A DNA stretch of 64,000 nt from Endomicrobiales bacterium (GCA_963794945.1 CAWCFT010000008.1:98045-162044); one strand, 5' to 3'. Counted from the first letter of the stretch, positions 1 to 11,086 are shown. A program made the numbers and translations. Notes: generated by a model not told the origin, from the sequence alone.

Positions 1-675
1 CAGGTAAAAGAGCGTTTCTTCCGCGAGGCCGAATCGGCCGGTAACCTCAACCACCCTAACATTATAAAGATATTTGACGCCGGAGAAGATAACGATATTT
101 CATACATAGCCATGGAACTGCTTGAAGGCGAAGATATGAAGAAATACACGGAAAAGGCAAACCTTCTGCCGATAAGAACTGTTATAGATTACTGCGTTAA
201 GATAGCCGACGCCCTTGATTTCGCTCACCAGCAGGGAGTTATACACCGCGACATAAAACCTGCCAACATAATGCTGCTCAAAGATGCCACGCTCCGCATA
301 ACGGATTTCGGCATAGCGAGGATAACAGCCTCATCCAGGACACAAACGGGCACGGTTCTGGGCACGCCAAGCTACATGTCGCCGGAACAGCTATCCGGAA
401 AGAAAGTTGACGGCAGAAGCGACCTATTCTCGTTCGGCGTTATGCTATACGAACTTCTTACAGGCACTAAGCCGTTCGCGGGCGAAAGCATCGCGGAACT
501 GCTTTTCAAGATCGCAAACGACAAACAGCCTAACCCAAAAGAGATAAACCCCTCGATACCTGACCCGCTTATTGCGATTATAAACAAACTTCTTGAAAAA
601 GACCCGGACAAGAGGTATCAGCGAGGCTCTGAAGTGTCAAAAGACCTCACTGCTTCACTGGGCTCATTATCCTGA
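1..675 (+). CDS. Hanks-type Ser/Thr protein kinase, C-terminal part (5' end outside window)
   Basis: Frame is open from base 1 (QVKERFFREAESAGNLNHPNII). Motifs HRDIKPAN, DFG, GTPSYMSPEQ and SDLFSFG are present. Confidence 0.95.
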   Translation, partial: QVKERFFREAESAGNLNHPNIIKIFDAGEDNDISYIAMELLEGEDMKKYTEKANLLPIRTVIDYCVKIADALDFAHQQGVIHRDIKPANIMLLKDATLRITDFGIARITASSRTQTGTVLGTPSYMSPEQLSGKKVDGRSDLFSFGVMLYELLTGTKPFAGESIAELLFKIANDKQPNPKEINPSIPDPLIAIINKLLEKDPDKRYQRGSEVSKDLTASLGSLS

Positions 676-691
676 CGTATCGGTATACATT

Positions 692-1510
692 ATGAAAATT
701 CAATTCGCTGCAAAGAGCGACACCGGCAAAGTCCGGACAAACAACGAGGACAGCTTCTTCGCTGACCCCGAGACCGGACTTTACATAGTGGCCGACGGCA
801 TGGGCGGACACAATTCCGGTGAAGTCGCAAGCAAAATGGCCTGCGAGATAATCAGCAAGAATTTCAAGGCCGCCCTTGAAAAGAGCAAGCTTCCCGATAA
901 AACGATGCTGATATTCGGCACCAGGGACCCGCGCCTGTCCGAAAAGGAGAACAACCTTCTTTCAGCGGTGCGGCTGGCAAACCGCGTTATCTATGAAGCA
1001 AGCGTTAAGTACTCCAAGGACCAGGGTATGGGCACGACTGTCGTTGCCGCCCTTATCAGCGACGCCGCCTACACTATATCATGGGTAGGCGACAGCAGGA
1101 TATATCTCATCCGCCACGGCCAGATACAACAGTTGTCAACCGATCACTCGCTGGTGCAGGAGCAGGTAAGCAAAGGCCTTATATCAAGCGAGCAGGCTGA
1201 GACTTCTGAGTTTAAAAACGTCCTTACCCGCGCCCTCGGCACGGCCGAAGATGTCGTAGCGGACGTCGCCGAAACCCCGGTTTTCGAAGGGGACTGCCTG
1301 CTCTTGTGTTCCGACGGTTTGACCAGAATGCTGCCGGACCAGGTGATACTTGATACGGTCAAAAAAAACGATGACCCGGAAAATATATGCGCCGAGCTTA
1401 TAGATCTCGCTAACAAGGCTGGCGGCAAAGACAATATCACGGCGCTCGTTATATCTTCCGGCCCGGATAATTTCTGGAAGAAATTCATTAAAACTATTGC
1501 AAAAATATGA
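692..1510 (+). CDS. PP2C/Stp1-family Ser/Thr protein phosphatase
   Basis: Motifs SDTGKVRTNNED, VADGMGGH, GMGTT, VGDSR, LCSDGL and GGKDNIT. ATG at 692 preferred over the longer ORF start. Confidence 0.95.
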   Translation: MKIQFAAKSDTGKVRTNNEDSFFADPETGLYIVADGMGGHNSGEVASKMACEIISKNFKAALEKSKLPDKTMLIFGTRDPRLSEKENNLLSAVRLANRVIYEASVKYSKDQGMGTTVVAALISDAAYTISWVGDSRIYLIRHGQIQQLSTDHSLVQEQVSKGLISSEQAETSEFKNVLTRALGTAEDVVADVAETPVFEGDCLLLCSDGLTRMLPDQVILDTVKKNDDPENICAELIDLANKAGGKDNITALVISSGPDNFWKKFIKTIAKI

Positions 1511-1578
1511 TAGATTTCTTAGAATAGGATTATAACAGTGTGCCGTTTTCGTTTATGACAGCCTAAAATAAGGAAATT

Positions 1579-2289
1579 ATGCCTGCTAAACTGTTGCTTA
1601 AATTCCATGCCGCCGTCATTAAAGAGATACCAATAGATAAAACCCCGATCACGATAGGGCGCAAGCCGGACAATGATATAGCTATAGACAACATGGCGAT
1701 ATCGGGACACCACGCCAGGATCAGCCTCCAGGGATCTACTTATGTGATCGAAGACCTCCAAAGCACTAACGGCACTTTTCTAAACGAAAAAAAGGTCGCA
1801 AGCTCGGCACTCAAACACAACGACCAGATAGTGATGGGCCAGCACACACTGGTCTTTATAAATCCTGAAGCTACGCCGCAACCGGAAGAACCCAAACCAG
1901 CGCCGGTAAAGGCATCTGATATAGATTCTACCGTGGTTATCACGCCGCAAAAGGCCGCCGAGAACGCGAAAATACCAGAGAAAAAGGAAGTGACCGGCAC
2001 GCTGCGCGTAATAGATGGGAAAAGCGATCAACCGGAATACCAGTTGACGGGGCTGCTGACATACATAGGGAAAGGTGAAACGGCCACGATAAAAATCAAG
2101 GGGTTGTTCGCCCCTGAGATAGCGGCGCTGATCTCGCGAAGGCACGCGGGTTATCTCATCACCGCCGTCAAAGACCGCTACCCTAAGCTTAACAATATGC
2201 CGCTGACCGGACAGGTAGAGCTGAAAGATTCCGACCTAATTGAAGTAGGCGGCATCAAATTCCTCTTCCAGTTAAAAGAAACCAAATAG
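1579..2289 (+). CDS. FHA domain protein with an N-terminal FHA and a degenerate C-terminal FHA-like domain
   Basis: ITIGR...ISGHHARI...DLQSTNGTFLN is a canonical FHA. It is followed by a Pro/Glu linker and a second beta-rich module (TYIGKG...LKDSDLIEVG). Confidence 0.9.
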   Translation: MPAKLLLKFHAAVIKEIPIDKTPITIGRKPDNDIAIDNMAISGHHARISLQGSTYVIEDLQSTNGTFLNEKKVASSALKHNDQIVMGQHTLVFINPEATPQPEEPKPAPVKASDIDSTVVITPQKAAENAKIPEKKEVTGTLRVIDGKSDQPEYQLTGLLTYIGKGETATIKIKGLFAPEIAALISRRHAGYLITAVKDRYPKLNNMPLTGQVELKDSDLIEVGGIKFLFQLKETK

Positions 2290-2303
2290 ACGGCTGACAT
2301 CTT

Positions 2304-2387
2304 ATTACATATTACAGATTACAAATTGCAGATTAAACCATAAAAAACACGGGCAGAGATATTTGTTTGTGTTTATTAATTTGTAAT
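2304..2387. repeat. Heptamer tandem/inverted repeat element (ATTACAN family)
   Basis: attacat-attacag-attacaa-attgcag-attaaac ... tattaat-ttgtaat, between convergent genes. Confidence 0.65.
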
Positions 2388-2392
2388 TCTTA

Positions 2393-3409
2393 CTACTTAG
2401 GAATGAACTTTTCGAACTTGGTGCTGTAGGTTTTGAGGATGTCTGTCCTTGCCAGGGTACTTGCTTTTCTCATCTCTGTGAGCGCGGCTTCCGGCCTCTT
2501 CTGCGCGGAATACACGCTGCCCAGGAAGAAATGCAGAGATCCTTCATTGGGTGCTTTTTCAATGGCGATTTTAAGATATTTTTCCGCATTAGCAAGGTTG
2601 TTGCCGGCCAGATAAAGAAGCGCGAGGTTTACATACGCGCTTATATTGCCTGTGTTCGACTTTATTGCGAGAGAAAACGTTTCTTCAGCGTCCTTTGGTT
2701 TGTTATTTTCTTCGTAAAGCCTTCCGAGATCGATGAGATCATCGTAAGTCATTTCGCTTGCTGGTATCTGCCGTAGCATCGCGCAGGCAACCGCAATATC
2801 ACCAGTTGTTTCGGCGCAATGCGCCGTCTGCCTGTATATCTCAGCACCGGTTTTAATGTCGAGAGCCATGCGAAAATATTCCATGGCCTGCGTGTCCAGC
2901 CCAAGCTTCATGTATAAACCTGCCAAGCCAAAATCAGCGTCAAAAGATTTCTTGTCCACTTTCAGATCGTTAAGATATGCCTGTTTTGCGAGCTCATTGA
3001 GGTCGGCCCTCTCGTATGCGTTTGCGAGTTTCAGCCTGGCCTCTTCCAGTTTCGGTATAGTACTGACAGCTTCCTGATAAAACTCTATTGCAGATGAATA
3101 GTCGTTCACTTCAATGTATATGTCCCCGATAATTTCATAATACTGATATTTCTCTTTAATTCCGATATTCGCGTCGTTAATTGTTCGCCTGTATGCGTCA
3201 ACAGCTTTGTCCAGCCTTTTCAAAGGCAGGTAATACCCCGCGAGGCGTTTCAGCGCTTCAGCCCTTTCATCGGGGCTTTTGGCGTTCTTTAGACCGGATG
3301 TCAGAGAATCTTCTGTATTATTATCACCGCCAAAAACCGAATGTGCCGGCATGATAAGTTGTAAGGCTAATATAAAAAACGTGAATATTAAAACCGCTTC
3401 TTTATTCAT
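2393..3409 (-). CDS. Exported or membrane-anchored tetratricopeptide repeat protein
   Basis: Hydrophobic N-terminus followed by several TPR-like units. ATG at 3409 overlaps the patatin TGA (ATGA). Confidence 0.85.
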   Translation of the reverse strand: MNKEAVLIFTFFILALQLIMPAHSVFGGDNNTEDSLTSGLKNAKSPDERAEALKRLAGYYLPLKRLDKAVDAYRRTINDANIGIKEKYQYYEIIGDIYIEVNDYSSAIEFYQEAVSTIPKLEEARLKLANAYERADLNELAKQAYLNDLKVDKKSFDADFGLAGLYMKLGLDTQAMEYFRMALDIKTGAEIYRQTAHCAETTGDIAVACAMLRQIPASEMTYDDLIDLGRLYEENNKPKDAEETFSLAIKSNTGNISAYVNLALLYLAGNNLANAEKYLKIAIEKAPNEGSLHFFLGSVYSAQKRPEAALTEMRKASTLARTDILKTYSTKFEKFIPK

Positions 3410-4449
3410 TGTAATAGATATTGGTCCGAGACGCGTTCGATGAGCTTTAATTTTATAAGAGGCGCTCCTGCCCTCGCTGAAGAAATGCCAGCGTCTATGC
3501 ACTCCCTTGACCTGCCCAGATCGATAGCCGAAACATCACCCACATCGGGATTTATGGTTATATCGGCAAGCTTAGCTTTTTCTTCTTCCAGCTGTTTCCC
3601 TTGTATATATATCGACTGCATGAGTATCATGAAAACGTTGGATATGTCGTTCTTGGAAAGATCTGCCGACACGTTCACGGCTATTATAATGTCGGCCCCC
3701 ATGAGTTTGGCAACGTCCGTTGGAATATTGTCATACAGCCCGCCGTCAACAAGGTAGCGGTGGCGGAACTCCACAGGGTCGAACAGGCCAGGTATGGTGG
3801 AACTCGCGCGGGCGGCTTTTGCCACACCGCCTTCGCGGAATATTATCCTTTCACCGGTGACAAGATCAGTAGCGACGCATGCGAACGGAGTCTTCAGTTC
3901 GTCAAAATTCTTTTTTCCGATATTGTCGTCAAGGTATTTCTCGATCTTATCGGTTGAAAGGAGGTGCTCGCTTATGAAGAGCCTGATTATCGAAGCGTTC
4001 GAAAGATTGGTCAACTTGTTCCATTCTATCGTCTCGCCCATTTTCTCGATTTTCCCCATTGGCTCGCCTGCGCAATAGACTGCCCCAATCAAAGCTCCGA
4101 CGCTAGTGCCCACTACCATGTCTATTGGAATGTTTTCTTCCTGCAGAACTTTGAGCACACCTATGTGGGCGAGGCCTCTCGCTCCTCCGCCGCCAAGCAC
4201 CAGCGCAATCTTTGGCCTTTGCGGAGGATGAAGATCCACGAACTTTTTCCAAAAGTAGTCCATTATCAACTTGTTCTCGTCAAGATACGCAACAGGTGTG
4301 CCTGCAGGTGAACCGTTATCAGAGGCATTAACGTGCGGGTTATGAAGCTGTTTTGTGGGATAATTAACTTCTTCTGCGGACGAGGCCGCGCAGGGGAGCC
4401 TTGAAAGAAGTGAAAATATTAGAGCGAGCCTTAGTAGTTGTTTCTGCAT
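3406..4449 (-). CDS. Patatin-like phospholipase with signal peptide
   Basis: GGGGARG oxyanion loop, GTSVG nucleophile motif, DGG motif and an N-terminal signal-like segment. Confidence 0.93.
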   Translation of the reverse strand: MQKQLLRLALIFSLLSRLPCAASSAEEVNYPTKQLHNPHVNASDNGSPAGTPVAYLDENKLIMDYFWKKFVDLHPPQRPKIALVLGGGGARGLAHIGVLKVLQEENIPIDMVVGTSVGALIGAVYCAGEPMGKIEKMGETIEWNKLTNLSNASIIRLFISEHLLSTDKIEKYLDDNIGKKNFDELKTPFACVATDLVTGERIIFREGGVAKAARASSTIPGLFDPVEFRHRYLVDGGLYDNIPTDVAKLMGADIIIAVNVSADLSKNDISNVFMILMQSIYIQGKQLEEEKAKLADITINPDVGDVSAIDLGRSRECIDAGISSARAGAPLIKLKLIERVSDQYLLQ

Positions 4450-4469
4450 TTGGTCCGGAAAAATACGGT

Positions 4470-5689
4470 TTATTTAAAGAAGATTTTCCCTATGGCCCAC
4501 TCGAGAGAAGCCTGGCTTGAAAGAGCCTGTTCTATCGTATCTAATCGCGTCAATTCTGCATCGAGTCTCTTGTCCGGGTCAGCTTCCTGCGCGCTTACAT
4601 CAGCCGCGCGGCTTTTCCAGAAAGCATAATCAAGGTATGCTTCTCTTACGTCAGCAAACACCTCGTCTTCGATGCTGGCACGCCTTATCTTTCCTTCGCG
4701 GACCTGGAACTTCCTCTGCCTAATGCGCGACCAGGAAGCCCAACCGTCAAATATAGGGACATTGACATTTATTGTAGCGTTCCAGTTAGTCATATCAAGC
4801 GGCATCCTGTCGCCGAGACGCTCGTAGTTTGCCCCCAATGTCACAGTGGGGTACCTTTCCGCAAGCGACAGATTGACCCTAAGACTGTCTATTGTTTCCT
4901 GGAACTGCGTCTGGCTCAGCTCGGGCCTGTAATTTTTAGCCCAGGCGAGACATTTATTCAGGTCGTATTCTTCGGTAGGAGCAAGAATATCGCCCTTGAT
5001 CGAGATCATAGTATTGAGCTCCAGCCCCAGCGTTTCCAGGTGCTTTAATTTTTGCTTTTCATATTCATGCCGAAGCTTCATCAAACCCATGTTCATCGAG
5101 CTAAGTTCGTATGACCAGCGGGCCCTTGTAGAAGGATTTTTATCTATAGATGCTTTTATCGTGTTTATCGCTGCCTCGTAAGCCTTTATCTTTTCCCGCA
5201 GACGTCACGCATGCGTAAAAGGATTTTTTCACATCAAGGACTACCTTGTTCTTTGAGATATCAGAACTGGCTTCTCGCCTGTGAAAGGTTTGTCTCGGCC
5301 AGTGTAAGGTTCGTTGAATATCTGCCGCTTGCGTATAGGTACTGCCACAGTGAAAGGCGGGTCGAGTAAAAAACGTCCTCGTTTTGCGCCGGTAAGTACT
5401 CTGAGTTGAAAGAAGGGGCCAGTACCGTAGGAAAATCGTTGCTGAATTTTGATACGCTCAGGTTAAAATCAATCTTCGGGTATATCTGCGACCCGGCTTC
5501 CTTGATCCTTTCCTGCGCTATCGATATCTGCTCCTGATAGTCGAGCAGCTCCTGGCTGTTATGCACACCTGTAGTTATGCTCTCTTCCAGAGTTAACTCG
5601 CGTTCGGCCGTTTCATCGGCAAACAGGCATGGCAAACAAAATGAAGCGATGAGCAATGACAACAATAAATTAATATTCTTTAATCTCAT
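4470..5689 (-). CDS. TolC-family outer membrane efflux protein (frameshifted near 5100-5265)
   Basis: Two ORFs (5261..5689 and 4470..5096) carry OEP-like features: signal peptide, LTLEESI, YPKIDF, RPEL, YPTVTL, NVPIFDG. Confidence 0.8.
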
Positions 5690-7024
5690 ATTGAGCGCCC
5701 ATACACTTTGCCTAGGCTATTTATCTGGGACTTGACAGAATTCAGAGATGTCCCCCCCTGCGATGTTTTCGCTTCGACTGCCAGCGCCGGATCTGCCATT
5801 TTTTTAGCATCTTCGCTGAAAAGGCTCGAAAATCTCTTGAGTTCGGATAACGAAAGTTCATTAAGTTTGAGATTGTTTTTTATGCAATACGCCACCATAT
5901 CCTTCACAATACCGTGAGCGGCCCTAAATGGCAATCCTTTCCTTGATAGATAGTCCGCGAGTTCGGTAGCCGACTGGTATCCCCTGTCGAGCGATAACTT
6001 CATCTTTGCGGAGTTAATTTTCATTGACGCTGTCATGCCAGCGGTTATATCAAGGCACATCTTTATGGAGTCTACGGCATCGAACACAGGCGGTTTGTCT
6101 TCCTGCATATCCCTGTTGTAGGCTAGCGGCAGCGACTTCATAATCGTCAAAAGCGTCAGAAGGTCGCCATAAACCCTTCCGGACTTTGCCCTGACTATTT
6201 CTGCGCAGTCAGGGTTCCTCTTCTGAGGCATTATGGATGAACCGGAAGTAAATTCGTCCGAAAGCCTTATGAACCCGAACTCTTCGCTTGACCATAGCAC
6301 AAGCTCTTCGGCATACCTTGAGAGATGCATTGAGATTATGCTTAAAGACGATAAGAACTCCAGCGCAAAATCTCTGTCGCTCACGGCGTCTATTGAGTTG
6401 CCGCTTACTGAGTCGAACCCCAGTAGCTTGGCGACATAACCCCGGTCTATAGGAAAAGATGTCCCGGCCAGAGCCGCGCTGCCCAGGGGCATAACGTTTA
6501 TCCTTTTTAGGCAATCCTTGAGCCTCTCAACGTCCCGCGCAATCATCCATCCGTATGCAAGCAGATGGTGTGAGAACAGTACCGGCTGGCCTGGCTGAAG
6601 ATGGGTGTAGCCAGGCATAACACTTTTGATATTTTTTTGAGATGTCCCTAAGATAGCAAGTCCCAGCTTATTTAAAAGTCCTATGATCTCAGCTGTCTCA
6701 GCTTTTAGGTAGAGCCGCATATCAAGCGCCACCTGGTCGTTCCTGCTTCTTGCCGTGTGCATCTTCCCGCCCACCGGGCCGATCTTCCTGATAAGCTCTT
6801 TTTCTACGGCGAAATGCACGTCTTCGGCCTTCGGGAGGCTTACGCCTCTTTTGATACCGGCAAGCATGGCATCAAGCCCTTTTATGATCTTTGTGCCGTT
6901 CTGACGCCGGTATTATCCGGCATTTGACGAGCATCTTAACATGGGCCATAGAACCCTCGATGTCATAAGGGGCGAGCCGCTTGTCAAACGCGAACGAACC
7001 GATAAAACTTTCGTAATTTTTCAT
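5686..7024 (-). CDS. argH: Argininosuccinate lyase (frameshift near 6900)
   Basis: [16 protein letters not shown] and [12 protein letters not shown]. The N-terminus [32 protein letters not shown] starts at 7024 in another frame. Confidence 0.95.
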
Positions 7025-7033
7025 AGTACCTCA

Positions 7034-7110
7034 GTGATAAGGGTTAAGTAGTAAGGGGCAAGAAAATCAAAATCTTTCCAGCTGTTCAGTTATCACTTAC
7101 CCTCAGCCCC
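7034..7110. repeat. Heptamer tandem/inverted repeat element (GGGTAA family)
   Basis: gtgataa-gggttaa-gtagtaa-ggggcaa ... ttatcac-ttaccct-cagcccc. Abuts the argG stop. Confidence 0.65.
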
Positions 7111-8330
7111 TACCCCTTTTTATCTCTTTTCTGTTTATCCAACATAGCCTTCACTTTCAATGGCAGCCCGAAAAGGTTTATAAAACCTTCGGCGTCTTTC
7201 TGATTATAAATCTCATCTTTGCCGAAAGTCGCCAACTTCTCCCAGTAAAGCGAGTTGGGAGAGGTTCTCGCCGCTGGTATTATATTTCCTTTATAAAGCT
7301 TGAGCTTAACAGTTCCGGTCACGCATTTCTGGGTCTCATTGATGAACGCATCGAACGCTTCCCTTAAAGGAACGAACCACTGTCCGTTGTATACCATCTC
7401 CGCATACTTAGGAGCTATAAGCTCTTTGTAATGCAGCGTGTCCCGGTCGAGTGCGAGGGATTCCAGCTCCCTGTGCGCCGCATAGAGTACTGTCGCGGCA
7501 GGGGCCTCGTAGACTCCTCTTGATTTTATGCCAACCAGCCTGTTCTCAACTATATCAACTCTGCCTATGCCGTTTGCGCCTGCTATCTTGTTAAGCGACT
7601 CAACAAGTTCAACCGGCCCAAGTTTTTTCCCGTTTACCGATATGGGTATCCCCTTGTCAAAACCTATCGAAACATACGTGGGTTTATTGGGTGCATTAAT
7701 AGGCGACACTGTCATCTGGAACATGGACTCATCATATTCGTTCGCTGGGTCTTCGAGAATACCGCCCTCGTACGAAATGTGCCAGAGGTTCGCGTCCGAT
7801 GAGTAGGGTTTAGCCTTGGTCACGGGAACCGGGATACCATATTTTTTCGCGTAATCCATGGCGTCGTCCCTTGACCTAATACTCCACTCGCGCCAAGGGG
7901 CGATTATCTTGACTTCGGGCATCAGCGCCTTGAATGTCAACTCGAACCTTACCTGGTCATTGCCTTTTCCTGTAGCTCCATGGCATACTGCGTCAGCATT
8001 TTCTTTTTTTGCTATCTCAATTACCTTTTGAGCTATAATTGGCCTTGCGAGCGACGTGCCCAGAAGATACCTTCCTTCGTAAAGAGCCTCGGCTTTGATA
8101 GCCGGAAAAATATAATCCGTTACAAATTCTTTTTTCGCATCGATGATGTATACCTTGGATGCTCCCGTCTTGAGAGCTTTCGCCCGGAGAGGCTTTAACT
8201 CTTTTCCCTGGCCAACATCTATAGCGCAGGCGATAACCTCGGCCCCGTAAGTCTCTTTGAGCCACCTGAGTATAACCGATGTATCCAGGCCTCCCGAGTA
8301 AGCCACAACTACTTTTTTGATCTTCTGCAT
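7110..8330 (-). CDS. argG: Argininosuccinate synthase
   Basis: [23 protein letters not shown] and SRGVYEAP motifs. Confidence 0.98.
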   Translation of the reverse strand: MQKIKKVVVAYSGGLDTSVILRWLKETYGAEVIACAIDVGQGKELKPLRAKALKTGASKVYIIDAKKEFVTDYIFPAIKAEALYEGRYLLGTSLARPIIAQKVIEIAKKENADAVCHGATGKGNDQVRFELTFKALMPEVKIIAPWREWSIRSRDDAMDYAKKYGIPVPVTKAKPYSSDANLWHISYEGGILEDPANEYDESMFQMTVSPINAPNKPTYVSIGFDKGIPISVNGKKLGPVELVESLNKIAGANGIGRVDIVENRLVGIKSRGVYEAPAATVLYAAHRELESLALDRDTLHYKELIAPKYAEMVYNGQWFVPLREAFDAFINETQKCVTGTVKLKLYKGNIIPAARTSPNSLYWEKLATFGKDEIYNQKDAEGFINLFGLPLKVKAMLDKQKRDKKG

Positions 8331-9524
8331 TTAATTGTTTCCTCTCTGTATTTTATTCAATGCTTCTTCCAGTACGAATAAAGCCGTATTTATATCCTTT
8401 TTCCCTATTATGAAAGGCGGCAGGAACCTAAGTATCTTATCCTGCGTACAGTTGATCAGGAGTCCTTTTTCGAGACAAGACGCTACTATGTCCCCGCCAG
8501 GGATATCGAGCTCCAGCGCTGTCAGAAGACCCAAACCTCTTGCTTCCTTGATAAATGAGAACTTCTTTTTGAGTTTCTGGAGTTTGGCCAGAAGGTATTT
8601 TCCGTTCGTTCTGACCTTTTCCAAAAGGGTAGCGTCAAGCTCGCCTATCACAGCTATGGCCGCGGCGCATGAAACAGGGTTGCCGCCGAAAGTTGAACCG
8701 TGGCCACCGTAACCGAACGCCGAAGCGTATTTTTCGCTTATGATAGTCGCGCCCATAGGCAAACCGCCGGCAAGGCTTTTAGCTAGCGTAATAACATCCG
8801 GCACAACTCCATACTGTTCGTATGAAAAGAACGTGCCCGTCCTGCCCATGCCGCACTGCACTTCATCGAATATGAGTATCAGGCCTTTTTCGTCGCATAA
8901 CTTTCTCAGGCCTTCAAGAAAACTTTTTTCCGCTATATTTACACCGCCCTCACCCTGAACGACCTCAATGAGTACCGCGGCGGTTTGATCCGTAACCAGC
9001 TTTGAAACTGAGTCCAAATCGTTGAACTCAGCGTACTTGAACCCCGCCGGCATCGGTTCGAAACCTTTATGGAACTTCGGCTGTCCGGTCGCGGCGAGTG
9101 TCGCGAGGGTCCTGCCGTGGAACGAGTTTGAGAACGATATCACCTCGAATTTTTTTGCGCCTTCCCGCGAGCTGTCCCACTTCCGCGCGAGCTTTATTGC
9201 GCACTCGTTGGCTTCGGCTCCGGAATTGGAGAAAAAAACCCGGCCCGGGAATGATAGGCCTACGAGCTTCTTCGCGAGCTCGCCCTGGGGCCCCGTGTAA
9301 TAATGGTTAGAGGCGTGCATCAGTGTCCCTGCCTGTTTTTTAATAGCAGAGACGACCCTGGTGTTGCAATGGCCCAGATTGCACACGCTTATGCCTGAAA
9401 AGAAATCCAGGTATTTTTTCCCATTCTCGTCATAAACAAACTTGCCTTTCGCTTTAGAAACGGTAAGTTCCTGCCGTTTGTAGGTTTGAACTATATACTG
9501 CTTATCGTTTTCGGTTATATTCAT
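8331..9524 (-). CDS. argD: Acetylornithine aminotransferase (class III PLP)
   Basis: NSGAEANE, FHGRT, DEVQCGMGRTG and AKSLAGG motifs; arg gene context. Confidence 0.93.
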   Translation of the reverse strand: MNITENDKQYIVQTYKRQELTVSKAKGKFVYDENGKKYLDFFSGISVCNLGHCNTRVVSAIKKQAGTLMHASNHYYTGPQGELAKKLVGLSFPGRVFFSNSGAEANECAIKLARKWDSSREGAKKFEVISFSNSFHGRTLATLAATGQPKFHKGFEPMPAGFKYAEFNDLDSVSKLVTDQTAAVLIEVVQGEGGVNIAEKSFLEGLRKLCDEKGLILIFDEVQCGMGRTGTFFSYEQYGVVPDVITLAKSLAGGLPMGATIISEKYASAFGYGGHGSTFGGNPVSCAAAIAVIGELDATLLEKVRTNGKYLLAKLQKLKKKFSFIKEARGLGLLTALELDIPGGDIVASCLEKGLLINCTQDKILRFLPPFIIGKKDINTALFVLEEALNKIQRGNN

Positions 9525-9538
9525 TTTATTATCCTTAT

Positions 9539-10287
9539 TTATTTGATCAATGTTCCTTTGAGCTTTGTCATGCTTTCTGCGCCGTTTGCTATCCAGACTT
9601 CTTTTATGCCGTTCTTCACCGAACGGGCGCAGGCTTTTATCTTGGGTATCATGCCGCCGGACACTATACCTCGCGAGATAAGCCTGTTTACTTCCGGGCG
9701 TTTTAGGCAGGGTATGGTCTTGTGATTCTCGTCAAGCACACCCGGCACATCAGTTAAAAGCACCAGTCGTCGGGCTTTGAGGCTCACGGCGATCGCCATG
9801 GCCAGTGAATCCGCATTGAGATTAAGAGCTTCGCCCTTAGCACCGAGGCCCAAAGACGAAACTACCGGCATAAAACCGGCAGAAATAAGGGTTTTGATTA
9901 TATTTGGATTAATTTTCACGGGTTCACCGACAAACCCAAGTTCTTTTATCTGTTTTGACGGGGCAAGACCGCAGTCTCTGCCTGAAATGCCGCAGGCAAG
10001 AACGCCCCTATTGTAAAGCTCACCCACAAAATATTTATTCACCTTGCCGCTAAGCACCATCTCTACTACTTCGAGCGTTCGTGTCTGTCAGTGAATCTTA
10101 GCCCGCCAACAAACTTGCTCACTATCCCGAGCTTGCCCAGCCAGGCGTTGATCTCCGGCCCACCACCGTGAACAAGCACAATATTCTCTTTCTTCGATAT
10201 CTTTGAAAGTTCGTCCAGGAATTTCTTTCTGGCTGGTTCGTTTTTAGCAAGGCTTCCGCCGAACTTTATTACTGTCACTGCTTTCAT
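9539..10287 (-). CDS. argB: Acetylglutamate kinase (frameshift near 10080)
   Basis: VIKFGGS, LVHGGGPEI and GLRFTD in one frame; NLNAD, LTDVPGV and GGMIPKI in the next. Confidence 0.93.
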
Positions 10288-10324
10288 GGGCGATCCTTTT
10301 TGTTTGAGCAAAATATTTTTTTGT

Positions 10325-11086
10325 TTAAGCCCTGGCTGCCGAATGCGGACAACTTTTCTTGAAATCACACCTTGGGCAAAAACTTTTTTCCGGCGCAAAC
10401 TCCCTGCCCGATATCTTTCTAGCCACGTCCTCGGCTATACGCATGGCGGCGTCCGTCTGCACCTTGCTGCGGGTAGTGCTTATCTTTTCTCCGCGCGCCA
10501 CGAAATAGAACGTGAGTATGCTTGGCTTAAAACCCAGCGCCCTTTCGCAGGCCAGGGCGTAGATGCTCATCTGCAGGTCACTGTCAACTTTTTCCTGCTT
10601 CCAAGTCTCATTATGGGTCTTATAATCTATGACCTCATAAGACCCGTCCGGGTGCCTGTCGATCCTATCTATTAAACCGCGCATGCTGTTCTTGCCGAAT
10701 GCGAAGCTGAATTCCTTTTCAACGAACAATATCTTGGTCTTCAGGTTAAGGCTCTCAGAAAAATAGTTCTCCAGCATCCGCCTGCCTTTCTCAAAAAACT
10801 CGTATGTTTGCTGGGGCGAATTAAAACCTTCGTTCTTCCACGAGTTGTTGTAGCAGTCAATGAGGTCTTCAAGGTCGCCTGCTTTTTTTAAATGGAAGCT
10901 TTCCAACGTCCTGTGTATGCTTATACCGAGAGATATATACGGATTTGGCGGAACCTTCTGCCCTTTCTCATATAAAAGACAGTACTTATAAGGGCAGGAT
11001 TGATACGCGTTTATCTTTGAATAACTTATTTCAATGCCGGGCCTGAAAAATGAAGAGAGCTTGCTTATTAATCCTTTAAACATCAA
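10325..11086 (-). CDS. PD-(D/E)XK nuclease family protein (AddB/RecB/Cas4-like, Fe-S staple cysteines)
   Basis: SYSKINAYQSCP, GLIDRID, VIDYKT, QMSIYA and C-terminal CPRCDFKKSCP. Confidence 0.88.
   Translation of the reverse strand: MMFKGLISKLSSFFRPGIEISYSKINAYQSCPYKYCLLYEKGQKVPPNPYISLGISIHRTLESFHLKKAGDLEDLIDCYNNSWKNEGFNSPQQTYEFFEKGRRMLENYFSESLNLKTKILFVEKEFSFAFGKNSMRGLIDRIDRHPDGSYEVIDYKTHNETWKQEKVDSDLQMSIYALACERALGFKPSILTFYFVARGEKISTTRSKVQTDAAMRIAEDVARKISGREFAPEKSFCPRCDFKKSCPHSAARA

Noticed and set aside
10325..11086. CRISPR-Cas locus suggested by the Cas4-like nuclease
   Set aside because: No repeat-spacer array and no other cas gene anywhere in the window.
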